Below, piece by piece: positions 39,401-50,147 of a DNA stretch of 64,000 nt. Source of the DNA: Isurus oxyrinchus. Its lineage: Eukaryota. Location of the stretch: positions 220,658,001-220,722,000 of the forward strand of contig JANJGN010000002.1 of assembly GCA_026770705.1 (NCBI GenBank), read 5' to 3'. The stretch's first letter is position 1. Every line of letters starts with the position of its first letter. The notes under the pieces are model-generated. The model searched no databases. It had not been told where the DNA came from and was given only the letters and a program-made list of their open reading frames with translations. The position numbers and the translations under genes are program-made.

Positions 39401-42400
39401 CAAACTTTATCCATTGTTTAGAATTAAACTGCCACATGCCAGAAATGCAAGATGCCTCTTACATGTTAGAACTGATAGTACTGCTGCACGTAAAAACTAG
39501 ATCAAGCACTGGAGCACACAGAAAGCTGATTTTACACAAACACTTGTCACATGTGGAAAAAAAACAAGACATTGAGGTTTATTGATCAGTGTAAATACTT
39601 TTTATAAATGTACTTTTTATAAATATACTTTTTATAAATGTACTTCTTATAAATGTACTTAAAATGTGGCACAGGTCTTGCCGTTCTAACATACAAGACA
39701 ACACTTGAAGTTGTATTGCATGATCTCATCCATAAGTCAAACAGGAATTGGAGCTGGGCAAATAAGAAAAGAAAATCGGGCAGGGTGTGAAGTAGATTTA
39801 CTCTCACCCAAAGCTGATTACACCCCCCCGCCCCGTGTTTCATCCCTACAGCAACTTACCTTCCAACAGCTCCACCTGCTGGTGAACTAGGAGCTGGTCG
39901 ATCTGTGACAGAAACAGAACATTTCATTTTCTTTACTTAAACAAATGAAAGGAAATTTCATGAAAAAGAATGATCATTCATTTTAATCGCAACAACCTCA
40001 AATGGTAATTTTGGCCATTTGGAGCACTGACATTCGAACATCCCTATATATACATGCAATATATTATAATTATAATGACTTCCATTTACAGGTAATCGCT
40101 TAATATGCCTGCATTAAAATTGTGGACAAAGTGAGTGTTCAGCTGTTAATCTCACAAACAGTAATTTTTAGGCTATATTTATTCTAAACTGAAAACCTAG
40201 CTTATGGATAAAACTAAGGCTTTCAAAAATACTGTAAAGAATACAGTCAACCGTGACTTGCATTTATATAACATCTTTAATATTGTAAATAGACCCAAGA
40301 TTGTACCACATTTGGGCCTCTGCTATAATGTAAGTGTTAAACCAATGAGAGCAGCACTGTTCACTGTGTGGGCTTTTCTGCTGAGGGTCCACATCATTCA
40401 TTCCTTTAAGTTGCTTTTCCCGGATTTCCACAGCCCTCCTGCCAAAGTATCAGGAGGATTGCCATCGAAATTGCCTTTAACTGCAAACTCTAACTGAGTC
40501 ATCACTGACAGGCACCAATGGACACCACCTTGGCATAACTGGTATTGTGGTCTGTAAATTTGCATGGCCTACATAATTTAGATCAGATTCTATGCCTCAT
40601 TTCATTTCTAGCAGTGCAGTGAATGACACCTGATGAGCTCTGGTCTTTTGCTTGTTCAGCTGGATGTCTGATATGCGAAGAAACCTAACAAGGTGCTAAA
40701 GTGCCCTTAGGTGACTAAGAAATCAATTTATTTAGACTTGCTTAAAGGCTAAAAACTGCGGATGCTGGAAATCCAAAACAAAAACAAAAATACTTGGAAA
40801 AATTCAGCAGGTCTGACAGCATCTGTGGAGAGGAACACAGTTAACGTTTCGAGTCCGTAGACTTGCTGTTTACCTGACAAGTAGCATGCATTGCTTCCCT
40901 ATAGGAAGACCATGCAGTTAACCAATTACAGAGAGCCATAAGTAAAGATTTGCACAGGGTCTCCAAATATGTGTAATGGCGATGCTGGAGTTTAACTTTA
41001 ATCTATGTGGTGACCACACATCTAACTTACATGGGGTCTGGAGGGTGGAACAAATGTATCAGCATCCTTCTGTGGTGTTTGTGCAGTGCAGTGTGTCAGT
41101 TCTTCAGTTCCAACTGTCCTATAGCCTTATTTTCCCTCCCTGAACCTCTCCTCTCCTCTACCTCTCTTTCCTCCTTTAAGACTCACTTTAAAATCTACCC
41201 TATTTCTTCTGTTCTTATTTGAAGTAGAAGTTCAGCCATGATTGTACAGAATGGTGAAGTAGACATGAAGTGCCAAATGGGCTACTGTTACTGCTACACC
41301 TACTGCTACTTATATTACTGCTCCTATTTCTTATGTTCTTACCTCTTTGTGCAAGCTTTTGGCCACCTGTCCCAATATCTCCTCAAATGGCTTTGTGTTA
41401 AATTTGCGTGATAATGCCCCTCCGAAGCATCTTGGAACTTGTTATGGTGCTAAAGGTGCTCTTAAATGCAAGTCACTAGTGTTATTATTCTTTACAGTCT
41501 AGTTTGAAAGCCTTAGTTTTCCATAGGCTAGATTTCAGCTTAGAATAACTATAGGCTGGAAATAATTGTTTGCGATATTAGCAGACAAACACTCAGGGAG
41601 CTTGTGGAACATCCTTCTGTCTACAATTTTAACGCGGACTTTAAGTTGCTCATTTCAAGTAGGTTACCCTCTGCACTGCAACAATGGACAAAGTAACATC
41701 AGAGAAAGGCATCACAGGAAACTGAATTGTTGCATTTTGGCACAAGAAACAATGTGAGTATATCCTAATTGGCAGGGTTTAATTTGAAGGAGAGCAAGAA
41801 AGATAAGTCCAAGGCGCCTGATACAAAACTTTCTAAAAGTGAGAGGAGTACAGTTTTAAAACATCATAAGATGGCGAATGAGATTTGGCATTTTATTTAG
41901 GCTTCAGTTGAAATGTCGTGTGCAATTTTGAGCAGTGCATTATAGAAAGGGTATTGGAAAAAGAGTACAGTGGTGAGTTACCTGACTGATGGAAGGGATG
42001 AGAGACTACAGCTATGAAGGATTGACAGGGTAGGGCCTTTTTCATTGGAACAAAGAACGCCAGGAGGAAATGTCTCATGCAGGGTTCAAAATTATGGGAG
42101 AGTTAATTTGAAACGTCATTACCACAGACTGGAAAATCCATAATGTGGGGACATAGCCTACATGGTTTAAAGGTTTATTTATCTAAAAATCAGCTTCCAT
42201 TGTGGCCAAGGGCTGAATTGAGGTAAGTTTTGCAATTAAAAAAATAGAAAGAACAGAGTAGAATAATATACTGATCATTAATTTAGGCTCTTTATGTTAC
42301 CAGGGTACAAAGTTTAAACGTTTGATCATTTGCGTGGATGAGATATGGCATTTCTTAAATTTTGTGATTTTACATCTTAATTCAGTTAGGTGTTTTGAGG

Positions 42401-45400
42401 CTTGTAGCTGATAGCCAATATGAGATCTGTCTGGGTAACATGTTGTGAAGCTTGGAGTTCAGCCGTGGTCTCACAAAAGAATGCCAATGTTGACTGCATC
42501 TGTTTTTGAGTGTCTCTAGACTGCATTTGAGTAAATCACCAGAATAACAATACTAATTAAGGATAAAAACAGAAAATGCTGGAAAAACCCAGTTGGTCTG
42601 GCAGCATCTGTGGAGAGAGAAACAGAGTTAATGTTTTGAGTCCATACAGATAACCGATATGTTATAATAAATATGTTAATACATTTATGTAAATATCATA
42701 TGATAAATATGATAAATAGTCCATATATATATATAATATATACATATATATCAGATGGGGGATTGTAAGGAAGAGAAAATTCTGGCCAGTTGTGAAGACC
42801 CACATGAGCAGGGAATAACAGAACTTAGTAAGGTCTTTGATAATACTCCAATTGTGGTTATGACACAGAGCAGAGTAATAATTAATAACAAACAGTAAGC
42901 AATGATACAAGTCAGCAACTATAACAATACATTTTCTTCTGCCTCAGCCACCCTCCAAGGGAGGAACCCTTTAGATTTATTTTATAAACCAAAAAGCCCC
43001 ACTGCCTCAGAGGTGGTAAGAGCCAATGCTCCACATTCTCAGGGCCCAGTGCCATCAAGGATGTCCAAGTGAGTTAATGGAATTTACTTAATTAGACTCT
43101 ATGGCACTTTGTTAAACCAATGCCAAAAACATCTGCTGAATATTCAGTCATAAGATACACACAAGAGCTGACCAAATAACATCGACACTTCAGTCAAATC
43201 TTACAGATGAACTCCCATTCTTCATATGTGCTGCTGCTAACTGAGCAAAAGTTCCTACTTGTTCAACAATACACACTTTGTTTAAAAGGATATCATCAAA
43301 CTTTTCATTTACCTGTGCAAGATACTCCAGTCCTGGTGGGCAATTTGGGATACCACTTGGTAATGGCATCAACTGAAGAGCTCCTTTTTGTCCTGGAGGA
43401 ACTTGATTGCCATAGGCTCCAGGTGGATGGAGAACAGGAGGCTGTGCACCAGGAGGATAGGCACCAGGATGATAGGCACCAGGAGGGTAGGCACCCGGAG
43501 GGTAGGCACCCGGAGGGTAGGCACCAGCAGGATAGGCACCAGCAGGATAGGCACCAGGAGGATAGGCACCATACGGATAGAGATCAGGTGAGAAGGCAAC
43601 AAAAGGTTGGGTCCCAGGCGGATGGGCACCGGGGGGCTGGGTTCCAGGCGGCTGTGTCTCAGAAGGCTGAGGATCAGTTTCTAAAAATATAACATTTAAA
43701 AACAAGCAATATATATGAATGTCTTTAGAAATCAAATCTTTGCACGTCTAATGGAACCATCTATTGACCAAAAAAATACAGTCTTACTAATCCAGCAAAC
43801 ACTCCATTTGCATTAATACTTCTTTGAAGAATCATATTTGGCCTGCAGCACCTCCTCCTCTCTCCACAGATGCTGCCAGACCTGAGTATTTCCAACACTC
43901 TCTGCCTTTATTTCTCTCTTGTCTACTTTAGTCACTTAAAAAGGCAATGGAACAATAAAAAAAAAGTGACGTGTATGTTTTAGGAATTTTAACATTGAAG
44001 GATTTATTTTGGCAGGAAGCAAAGCCAAGGGAGCGTGGGAAGAGGGGAGTTCCAGCATAAGAGTAACTTGAAATGAAAATGTATTAATATTAAGTCTAGC
44101 AAATGCTGTGTGACTTCTACTTCTACTGTGCAAGCCAGCAGATGATGCTGTTTCTTTCAGATGGTCAAGAAGTCTAACCAGATCACCACAATGTAAGGAA
44201 TTCTGACCCCACATTGTAATGCTGACACAATTCCCAGAGCTGGCAGGATCCAGGCATAAGCAGATTCATTTTTATTTCCCTGTTGGGTTCTTCTGGACTC
44301 ATACAGGTGTTACAGAGAGTCCAGCAGAGTTCTGGAGGAAAGTTGGGTTACTGTATTAGACGCATATACAAGAGCCAAGTCAGCATCCCCACTTTATCTT
44401 TTAGGAAGCTGCCTATCTCTCTTCCTCATTGCCCCAGTGCTTTTTTCATTATGAAGTTGCTACATTTACAGGTGATATTAAACTACTATGGGGCAAGGGA
44501 ATCATAGGAGGCTGCAAGGAATTACAGACTGAGTTTCACAAAATATTAAGAGTGCACAACAAATTTAATGCAGACAATTATAAAATGTCACACATAAGAG
44601 GGAAAAATGGACCACACACTACTCCATGAATGATGCTGGAATAGCCTAGGATGAAGTTGAATGAGAGCTAGGAGTCTTAGTAAACCCGATGCTTTAGTAA
44701 ACCAATACAGAGCAATAGTCACCAAAGAACATAAGAAATAGGAGCTGGCTTTCCTCTTGCCCTGATCCCTAGGAACAATTGTAAATGCCCAGATGAAGAT
44801 TTCATTGTAATTAAGAATAGGTGCTTCTCAGTCAGTTGATAGACCACAAGGTACACTCCCGTGGGCATGGGTTCAATCTCCATGTGACACGATAATCTCC
44901 ATAACCTATTGGTAGATTTCTTCCTTTATAACCATACTACAAAGCAGGAGGAAAATGAATATTTTTGGAATGGAGCGTATCTCTGAATGTAAACAATGCT
45001 TTCCTTGCATTCCGATGACTACAGCTTCTACCGAAGCTGACAGACCTATTTCACTTAATAGTTGGAAAACAGATTGTCACAGGTATTGAGGTTGAAATTT
45101 ATTTGAGCGCATTTCCTGCAACACAACAGTGACTTCAGAAGTACTTAGTTAATTATAAAGTACTTTGAAACTTTCTGGAGTCACAGAAGACGCTATAGAA
45201 ATTTGTCTTTCCTTCTTTCAAACAGGTTCGTGCAGGCTGCAAGCAGGTTAACTGGGAGACCTGAAATTGGGCCCAGTATCTCATTTCAGTCAGTGAGGCA
45301 AGCCGCCAGGAACTGTTGCACCTCATCCATCCCAGCGCACTGGCTTGCTTCAGGTTTCCTTGGGGTGCAGGGTGTAGCTCTGCTCAATTGGGTCACATCA

Positions 45401-46444
45401 GGCCCAGCTATCCATTTAGAAAACAGGCGTGCTGATGATCGATATTTTGGTGTGGCAGCTACACTGGGACGAGGATAAACCGCCCCCCACCCCCACCTCC
45501 AACGGTGCTCAGCACCACCCACTGACAGGACACCAATTCATATGTGCCCTTTTCTAGAATTTCAGGTGCATCATTCACCAGATGGCTGGAGGGGTCGGGC
45601 AGCAGTCAGCAGCCCATGATGGGCAGGGGCTGGCCATTGTGGGAAAGGGAATTGTCTGGCATTGGGGTAGGAATGTGTTACAAAGCAAGGAGGTAGGCAT
45701 GTAGGCAGAGCATGGAGTAAGAGTAGACAGGAAATTGAGTGTATTGTATCCAATAACATAGCAGCGCAGACCACCATCATATTACACATCCAAATTAATA
45801 CACTTTTTAAAAAAGATACTAGTGGCTTATGTTTATCCTTCGTTGCTATGTGGAAATCTGAGCTGACACGTAACATTAAGCTCTCCCTTTCCAATAAAAC
45901 TAAGCTGCATACTTTAATAGCTGGTTTGCACAATGTTTTAATTACATGTCTTTGAAATTCAGCACAATGGACGAAAATAACATCAAGTTTTGAACTGACA
46001 TATTGGGATAGAAATCTGTTTTGTGCATCTGTAAGACAGATGGAACCACATTCGTGTCATATTATATATATATACACATGATATTCAGTTCCGGTACCTT
46101 CAACAGAACTAAATACTATGTGGGGCATATAAAAGACATACTATGTGATACCATTCATTTTGCACTAACACCCAAGAAGAAATTCTACCCCGTTAACGAT
46201 ATTATGCAAGGGAATTTATATCAGTCAGTTACAGATTAAATTTACAGAATGTAAATCCATCTGTTACGAAGAAGGGTCCTTATCCAAAACATGAGGCTGT
46301 TTTTTCTTGCCCCAGGTGTTGCTGTGCATGTTCAGTATAGTCTGTTTTTGTTAAAGAATTAACTTGGACTTTGCCGCTTTTCAAACTAAAGTGGAGTTTT
46401 ACTCGAGTTCAGTTTGTAAACTATTTCTTACCTGGGTCAGCCAT
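24378..46444 (-). CDS. PLSCR1: Phospholipid scramblase family gene (PLSCR1/2-like), spliced CDS join(46444-46432,43680-43313,39902-39860,37543-37323,36372-36211,35011-34850,24410-24378), 333 aa; exact paralog not resolved
   Basis: Exons total 1002 nt in frame with GT-AG at every junction. The protein has hallmark motifs: [36 protein letters not shown] palmitoylation cluster, GKITKQWTG (NLS-like), [12 protein letters not shown] (Ca-binding), [18 protein letters not shown]-terminal helix. Confidence 0.93.
24485..24860 (-). mobile_element. CR1 LINE 3' fragment
   Basis: Reverse complement of the 68-385 family. Confidence 0.8.
25280..25710 (+). mobile_element. Deu-domain SINE (SacSINE1/AmnSINE-like)
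   Basis: tRNA-like head, central gcagtactgagggaaggctgcactgttgg...gatgagacgtaaagccgaagcccc core, LINE-like tail. Confidence 0.7.
26575..26830 (-). mobile_element. CR1 LINE 3' fragment
   Basis: Similar to 4060-4280. Confidence 0.65.
28190..28705 (+). mobile_element. L2-like LINE 3' fragment
   Basis: [21 protein letters not shown] motifs. Confidence 0.8.
28708..29010 (-). mobile_element. CR1 LINE 3' fragment
   Basis: Same family as 24485-24860. Confidence 0.75.
30608..31150 (+). mobile_element. CR1 LINE 3' fragment
   Basis: ORF 30669-31097: [32 protein letters not shown]. Confidence 0.92.
31275..31420 (-). mobile_element. Penelope-like terminal fragment (family A) with degenerate hammerhead
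   Basis: gatgctggaaatctgaaataaaaacagaaaatgctgga...; minus strand CTGAAGA-A-GAGTT ataca GACTC-GAAA. Confidence 0.75.
31481..32838 (+). repeat. 212-bp direct duplication (31481-31692 and 32627-32838)
   Basis: Direct comparison shows about 5 mismatches over 212 bp. Confidence 0.95.
32859..34030 (+). mobile_element. Penelope-like retroelement, 5'-truncated (family B)
   Basis: [50 protein letters not shown] (RT thumb to GIY-YIG), then the terminal repeat with a degenerate hammerhead at 33942-33990. Confidence 0.9.
34075..34740 (-). mobile_element. L2-like LINE 3' fragment
   Basis: ORF 34145-34486: [19 protein letters not shown]. Confidence 0.8.
34850..35011 (-). CDS. PLSCR1: PLSCR 162-nt exon [54 protein letters not shown]
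   Basis: Within ORF 34754-35062; acceptor TTACAG, donor GTAAGT; Ca-binding motif. Confidence 0.96.
35219..35956 (+). mobile_element. Harbinger-type MITE
   Basis: TIRs gggctggaatctt / aagattccaacct; 3-bp TSD TGT. Confidence 0.7.
36211..36372 (-). CDS. PLSCR1: PLSCR 162-nt exon [18 protein letters not shown]...CSDIDFK
   Basis: Within ORF 36127-36441; acceptor TCACAG, donor GTACTT. Confidence 0.95.
36555..36897 (+). repeat. (GA)n-rich low-complexity microsatellite
   Basis: Runs of gagagaga and gagagaaacaaa. Confidence 0.9.
37323..37543 (-). CDS. PLSCR1: PLSCR 221-nt exon (V)[18 protein letters not shown]...[16 protein letters not shown]
   Basis: Manual translation; acceptor CTTTAG, donor GTTAGT; Cys-rich palmitoylation motif. 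Confidence 0.96.
37790..38920 (+). mobile_element. Two adjacent CR1 fragments (old 37790-38095; younger 38100-38920)
   Basis: [51 protein letters not shown]. Confidence 0.9.
39592..39662. repeat. 15-bp AT-rich minisatellite (actttttataaatgt, about 4.5 copies)
   Basis: Visible tandem units. Confidence 0.85.
39860..39902 (-). CDS. PLSCR1: PLSCR 43-nt exon [14 protein letters not shown]
   Basis: Manual translation; acceptor GTCACAG, donor GTAAGT. Confidence 0.95.
40743..40857 (-). mobile_element. Short Penelope-like terminal insertion (family A)
   Basis: 10-bp TSD tagacttgct on both sides; ends within hammerhead stem II. Confidence 0.8.
42560..42647 (-). mobile_element. Short Penelope-like terminal fragment (family A)
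   Basis: aaaaacagaaaatgctggaaaa...gagttaatgttttgagtcc. Confidence 0.7.
43313..43680 (-). CDS. PLSCR1: PLSCR exon, proline-rich N-terminus ending [10 protein letters not shown]
   Basis: Within ORF 43190-43735; acceptor TTTTTAG at 43682-43681, donor GTAAAT at 43312. Confidence 0.92.
43440..43580 (-). repeat. Coding 15-bp tandem repeat ([10 protein letters not shown] units, about 9 copies)
   Basis: Repeating ggcaccaggaggata-like unit inside the PLSCR exon. Confidence 0.9.
46432..46444 (-). CDS. PLSCR1: PLSCR coding exon 1 (ATG GCT GAC CCA G; whole exon 46432-46475 including 5'UTR)
   Basis: Pyrimidine-rich acceptor TTTGTTTCCTCTCTTTAG, GTGATGG start context, donor GTAAGA; phase 1 matches the next exon (G+AA = Glu). 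Confidence 0.75.
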
Positions 46445-46599
46445 CACTCAACGTACTTTCTTTCACGGTGATCAACTAAAGAGAGGAAACAAAATGTAAA
46501 TATTATTACTCTCAGCCAGTTTCTAATTCTATCTGTTTCAGAGATCACATCTTTACACGAGAAAAAACCTTTTAACAAGCACAATCTCTATCTATCAGC

Positions 46600-46920
46600 A
46601 ATCCCTCATGCCGAGGAGGATTCTTTCTTGGGTGTGAGCGAGATGTCAGTGTTGGTTATGAGTTCGCAGATGGCTTATAAGCCCTATCTCGGCCTTGCAG
46701 GTTCTCTCCTGGGGTGTTGGCTGGTGGAGGTGGTGGAGGATCATTGGCTTGGGCAGCTGCCCTCGCTTTCCATCACTCCCTCCGTTCTCTCTCGGTGGCT
46801 GTTCTTGTTGATCAGGAAGGTCTTGATGCCATTTTTGATGATGAATCACTATTTTGGTCACAAATAGGCACCTGTTTGCTAAATATTGATGTTTATAGAG
46901 CAAACCTCCGTTCTCTCTAA
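46600..46920 (-). mobile_element. RTE-type LINE 3' fragment
   Basis: RTCKAEIGLISHLRTH C-terminal zinc-finger-like motif typical of RTE elements. Confidence 0.7.
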
Positions 46921-47039
46921 GAAACGGTGCCTTTCAGGAAACCATAGAATTTGGCAGGCATTGTATTGTAAACCCTTAGCAGAAGGCTGTACGCTTTCTG
47001 TTTCTGTCTCTCTTCAGGAAAAGCAATTTTTAGCAGTCA

Positions 47040-49445
47040 GGGACTGAGGTAAAACAATGATGTACACATTCCAAAACTGATAAGGAGTCTTCAGGTGCCT
47101 TGTGTTCCCTTTTATCTATATGAATGCCTGGTAAGGGCTAGCAAATGACCCTCTGCATGAGGTAAACTAAAAAGTGGCCTTGAGCTAAATGATGGACGGG
47201 GGTTAGGAGGTGATCATCCTGACATCTTGGGTCCCTGTCCCGTTTTCATTGGTTAGAAAGGTCCAAACAAGTGATTGTCATAGGGTCAACTAGTAGCCCC
47301 TAAATAAAGTATATTAACGAGTGCTTGGAGCCGGGGGGCAGTCCTCGCAGGCAACCCCTTCTTCAGATGGAAGATGGACCAGGGAAGATGCAGGAAGACC
47401 AGGAAGGAGTTCCCAAACACTTCGGCTAGAGATCAGAATGCTGCTACCAGAAGCTACTGACAGCAACACACTCTTTGCCAACTGTCCGTTCGTCCTCTGG
47501 GATCAGTGGACTGCTCTCAACTGTCACGGGTCATATTTTTCCTGTCTATTTTGCATTATATGAAAGCTATTTCTTCTTAATAACCTTAATTCCTTAGAAT
47601 CACTTAGGAATACGCGACTGCCTATCTTAGATATCTGTAGCTCCTAAACCCAAAATCTTCTAGATTGGTGTCAGAAATGGGTTCCACATGGGTCGAAGTC
47701 ATTGACTTGAAATTTGAGAAGCAAGAGTCTTAGGCTTGCGTGGAATAATTCTTAAGTGAAACCAAAAGTCACAATGGTATTGACATACGACGCTAGGGGA
47801 TGACTGATAGAGGGTTTGACTGAGACAACAGACACATCTGGAGCGAGAGATATCCTGGGAGCTGTAGAGGAGATTACGATTGTATCTTTGAAAGGCTTTC
47901 TAGAGAGAATTGGAAAGGAAAGATTAAGCTGAAAAAAGTCTGGAATAAGTTGGTCTATAGTGCACATGTACTTTTTATTCAGCTGTAAAGCAGACACAAG
48001 GAGTTAAGGGAATGGGTCAGTAAGTTGCAAAGGGTAAATGATGGCTGGCAAGAGAGCACTGCTGTTCTGCAGTTACGCTGGGAACAGGAGGCACATGATA
48101 GAGCAGGTCATACAAGGAAAATACCAGACTGGACTGGAACAAAATATTGATGTACAGACAGAAAATACCAAACTAAGTGAGGAGTCAGAAGATGCAAGGA
48201 CTTGGGGGGGAGGGGGGTGGTGGGGGGGGATGCTTTGAGGAAGTTAATTTGGTAACAAAGTTTTGCCCCTCCTAAAATTGGAAGTACTTCCTCCTCTGGT
48301 CTGTCCCCTCCTACGTGCAGGGGAAATGCCAGTGTGGGTGGTTAACCAAGCCAGGGCCAAGGCAGAGGTGGGAGGGGAAAGGTGAGCAACTAGCCACCGT
48401 GGTCAGAGAAGAGGTTGGAACCTTGCACAGGCCTCCTTCCTCTGGTGAGGATATGGTTCTGAATGAAGAGTTGGAGGTGACACAGGATATGAATACTGAT
48501 TCCCTCTACCTCATGCCAAAGTGGGAAATTCATGAGACCTCACACCCAGAGTTAGAAAGTGATGATTTTAAACAGATCCTCCTAGCTGCATGCTTCCCAG
48601 GGTTAAAGCAAGAAATGGACTGGGACACCAGTACCAAAGGCTTGCTCGAGGAGGTACAGGCTGACCTGCACAGGGACCTAGGGGGAGAAAACATCGATTT
48701 TCACAAGGTCCTAGTTAACATCAAACAGGTCCTCAGCAAAAATCCAAGTGTATTCGCAGAGAGAATTTATGTTTGTTACTGTCAGACTTGAGAAGGGGTG
48801 GAGGAGGAGGACGACGACAATGACGGTAATGATATATACTTTGACACCATGTATTTTAGAAGCCTTTTCCTGAAGGGATTCCAACCATTAGTCCGGAATG
48901 GGTTGGGCTTTTCTTACAGTAAGACAGTGGCTTGGACGAGTTGATCTGCCATAAAACACCGTCTGGGACCAGGTCCCAAACCTCCCCAAACACTCGCAAA
49001 AGCTAAGGTAGCAGCTGTCGATGGCCCAGTGCCCAGCCAGAAACATGGACCATTTAGGAACTTGGTGCCCTTTTCAGTCCTTACCACCTGGGCCATCATG
49101 CTCATGACTGCCACAATAGGTGCATTGTGGAGGCTGACAGCAACAGTGAGCCTTGCTTTCCTCCTCCTGTACAGATGAGCCCGGACCCTGTCGAGCAGTG
49201 GTTAGAGAGATTGGAGCAGTGATAGAGGCCATGCAAATATGATGGTAGAGCCCAGTAGACTGCATTGTCCGTAATGGAGGCCATCAGCAATCAATGTTAG
49301 TCGGCTCTGACTTCTCCACCGGCACCATCTATGATCCTTACCCCAACCCCATGAAGCTGGTCTCTTACTCAGCTGAGAGTATAGCTTACATAAAATGCCA
49401 TCAAGTCACTGTTAAAGCACGGTGTTCGGAGTTAATCTAGGTTAA
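47040..49445 (+). mobile_element. LTR retroelement 5' remnant (LTR, PBS, degenerate gag)
   Basis: AATAAA/TATA-like at ~47303; PBS tggtgtcagaaatgggtt at 47666-47683 (16/18 to the tRNA-Leu TGGTGTCAGAAGTGGGAT primer site); gag-like YFRSLFLKGF and degenerate zinc knuckle ..LGHHAHDC near 49075-49115. Left boundary uncertain. Confidence 0.6.
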
Positions 49446-49449
49446 TTTA

Positions 49450-49925
49450 GGTTTACAGGAATGTTGCCAGGGTTAGAAAAGAGTAGCTACGAGGAGAGAT
49501 TGGATAGGTCGGGGTTATTTTCCTTGGACCAAAGAAGGCTGAGAGGAGACTTGATTGAGGTGTACAAAATTATGAGGGGAATAGATAGAGTGAACAGGAT
49601 AAAATTGTTTCCCTTGGTGAAGAATTCTAGAACCAGGGGACATAGATTCAAGATAAGTGGCAGAAGGTGTAGGGGGGACATGAGGAAGAACTTTTTTACG
49701 CAGAGGGTAGTGGGTGTCTGGAATTTGCTGCCCACGTTGGTGATAGAGGCAGAAACTTTAAATGCTTTTAAAAAGTACCTGGATCTGCACCTTAAGTGCT
49801 GTAAGCTGCAGGGCTATGGGCCGGGTGCAGGAAGGTGGGATTAGAAAGGGCACCTGGGTGTCCTCGGACTGGCATGGACAAGATGGGCCGAATGGCCTCT
49901 ACTGTGCTGTAACTTTTCTGTGGTT
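49450..49925 (+). mobile_element. CR1 LINE 3' fragment
   Basis: ORF 49461-49844: [31 protein letters not shown]. Confidence 0.92.
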
Positions 49926-50147
49926 CGATGACTGGATTTTGCCCTCCATTAGGTGGGTGTGGTGGGCGGGCCTGGGAGCAGCCAATTAAGGGCCACCCAG
50001 CATGAAGCCCGGCTCGTCACTAGCCCGGAAGAGCCGAGCGGGGGGCAGGGGCCTGTTGGCCGCCAGGTCCAATGGCGGACGGTATAAAAGTGGCCAGGCA
50101 GCCCCAGAAAAGCTGCCAGGGAAGGACCTCTGGCTGCCTCTCTGAAG

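Noticed and set aside
39592-39662. Short tandem repeats as a possible CRISPR-like array or KKYIY coding repeat
   Set aside because: No spacers; simple AT-rich intronic minisatellite in a eukaryotic context.
43207-43692. Plus-strand 161-aa ORF with EDRHQ repeats
   Set aside because: Antisense shadow of the PLSCR GAYPP repeat exon.
44820-44890. tRNA-like segment with a B-box (gggttcaatctcc)
   Set aside because: No convincing cloverleaf; at best a decayed SINE head.
46262-46335. Plus-strand hammerhead-like remnant (cgaagaagggtcc...aaaacatga)
   Set aside because: Core too degenerate; only an old Penelope terminal fragment.
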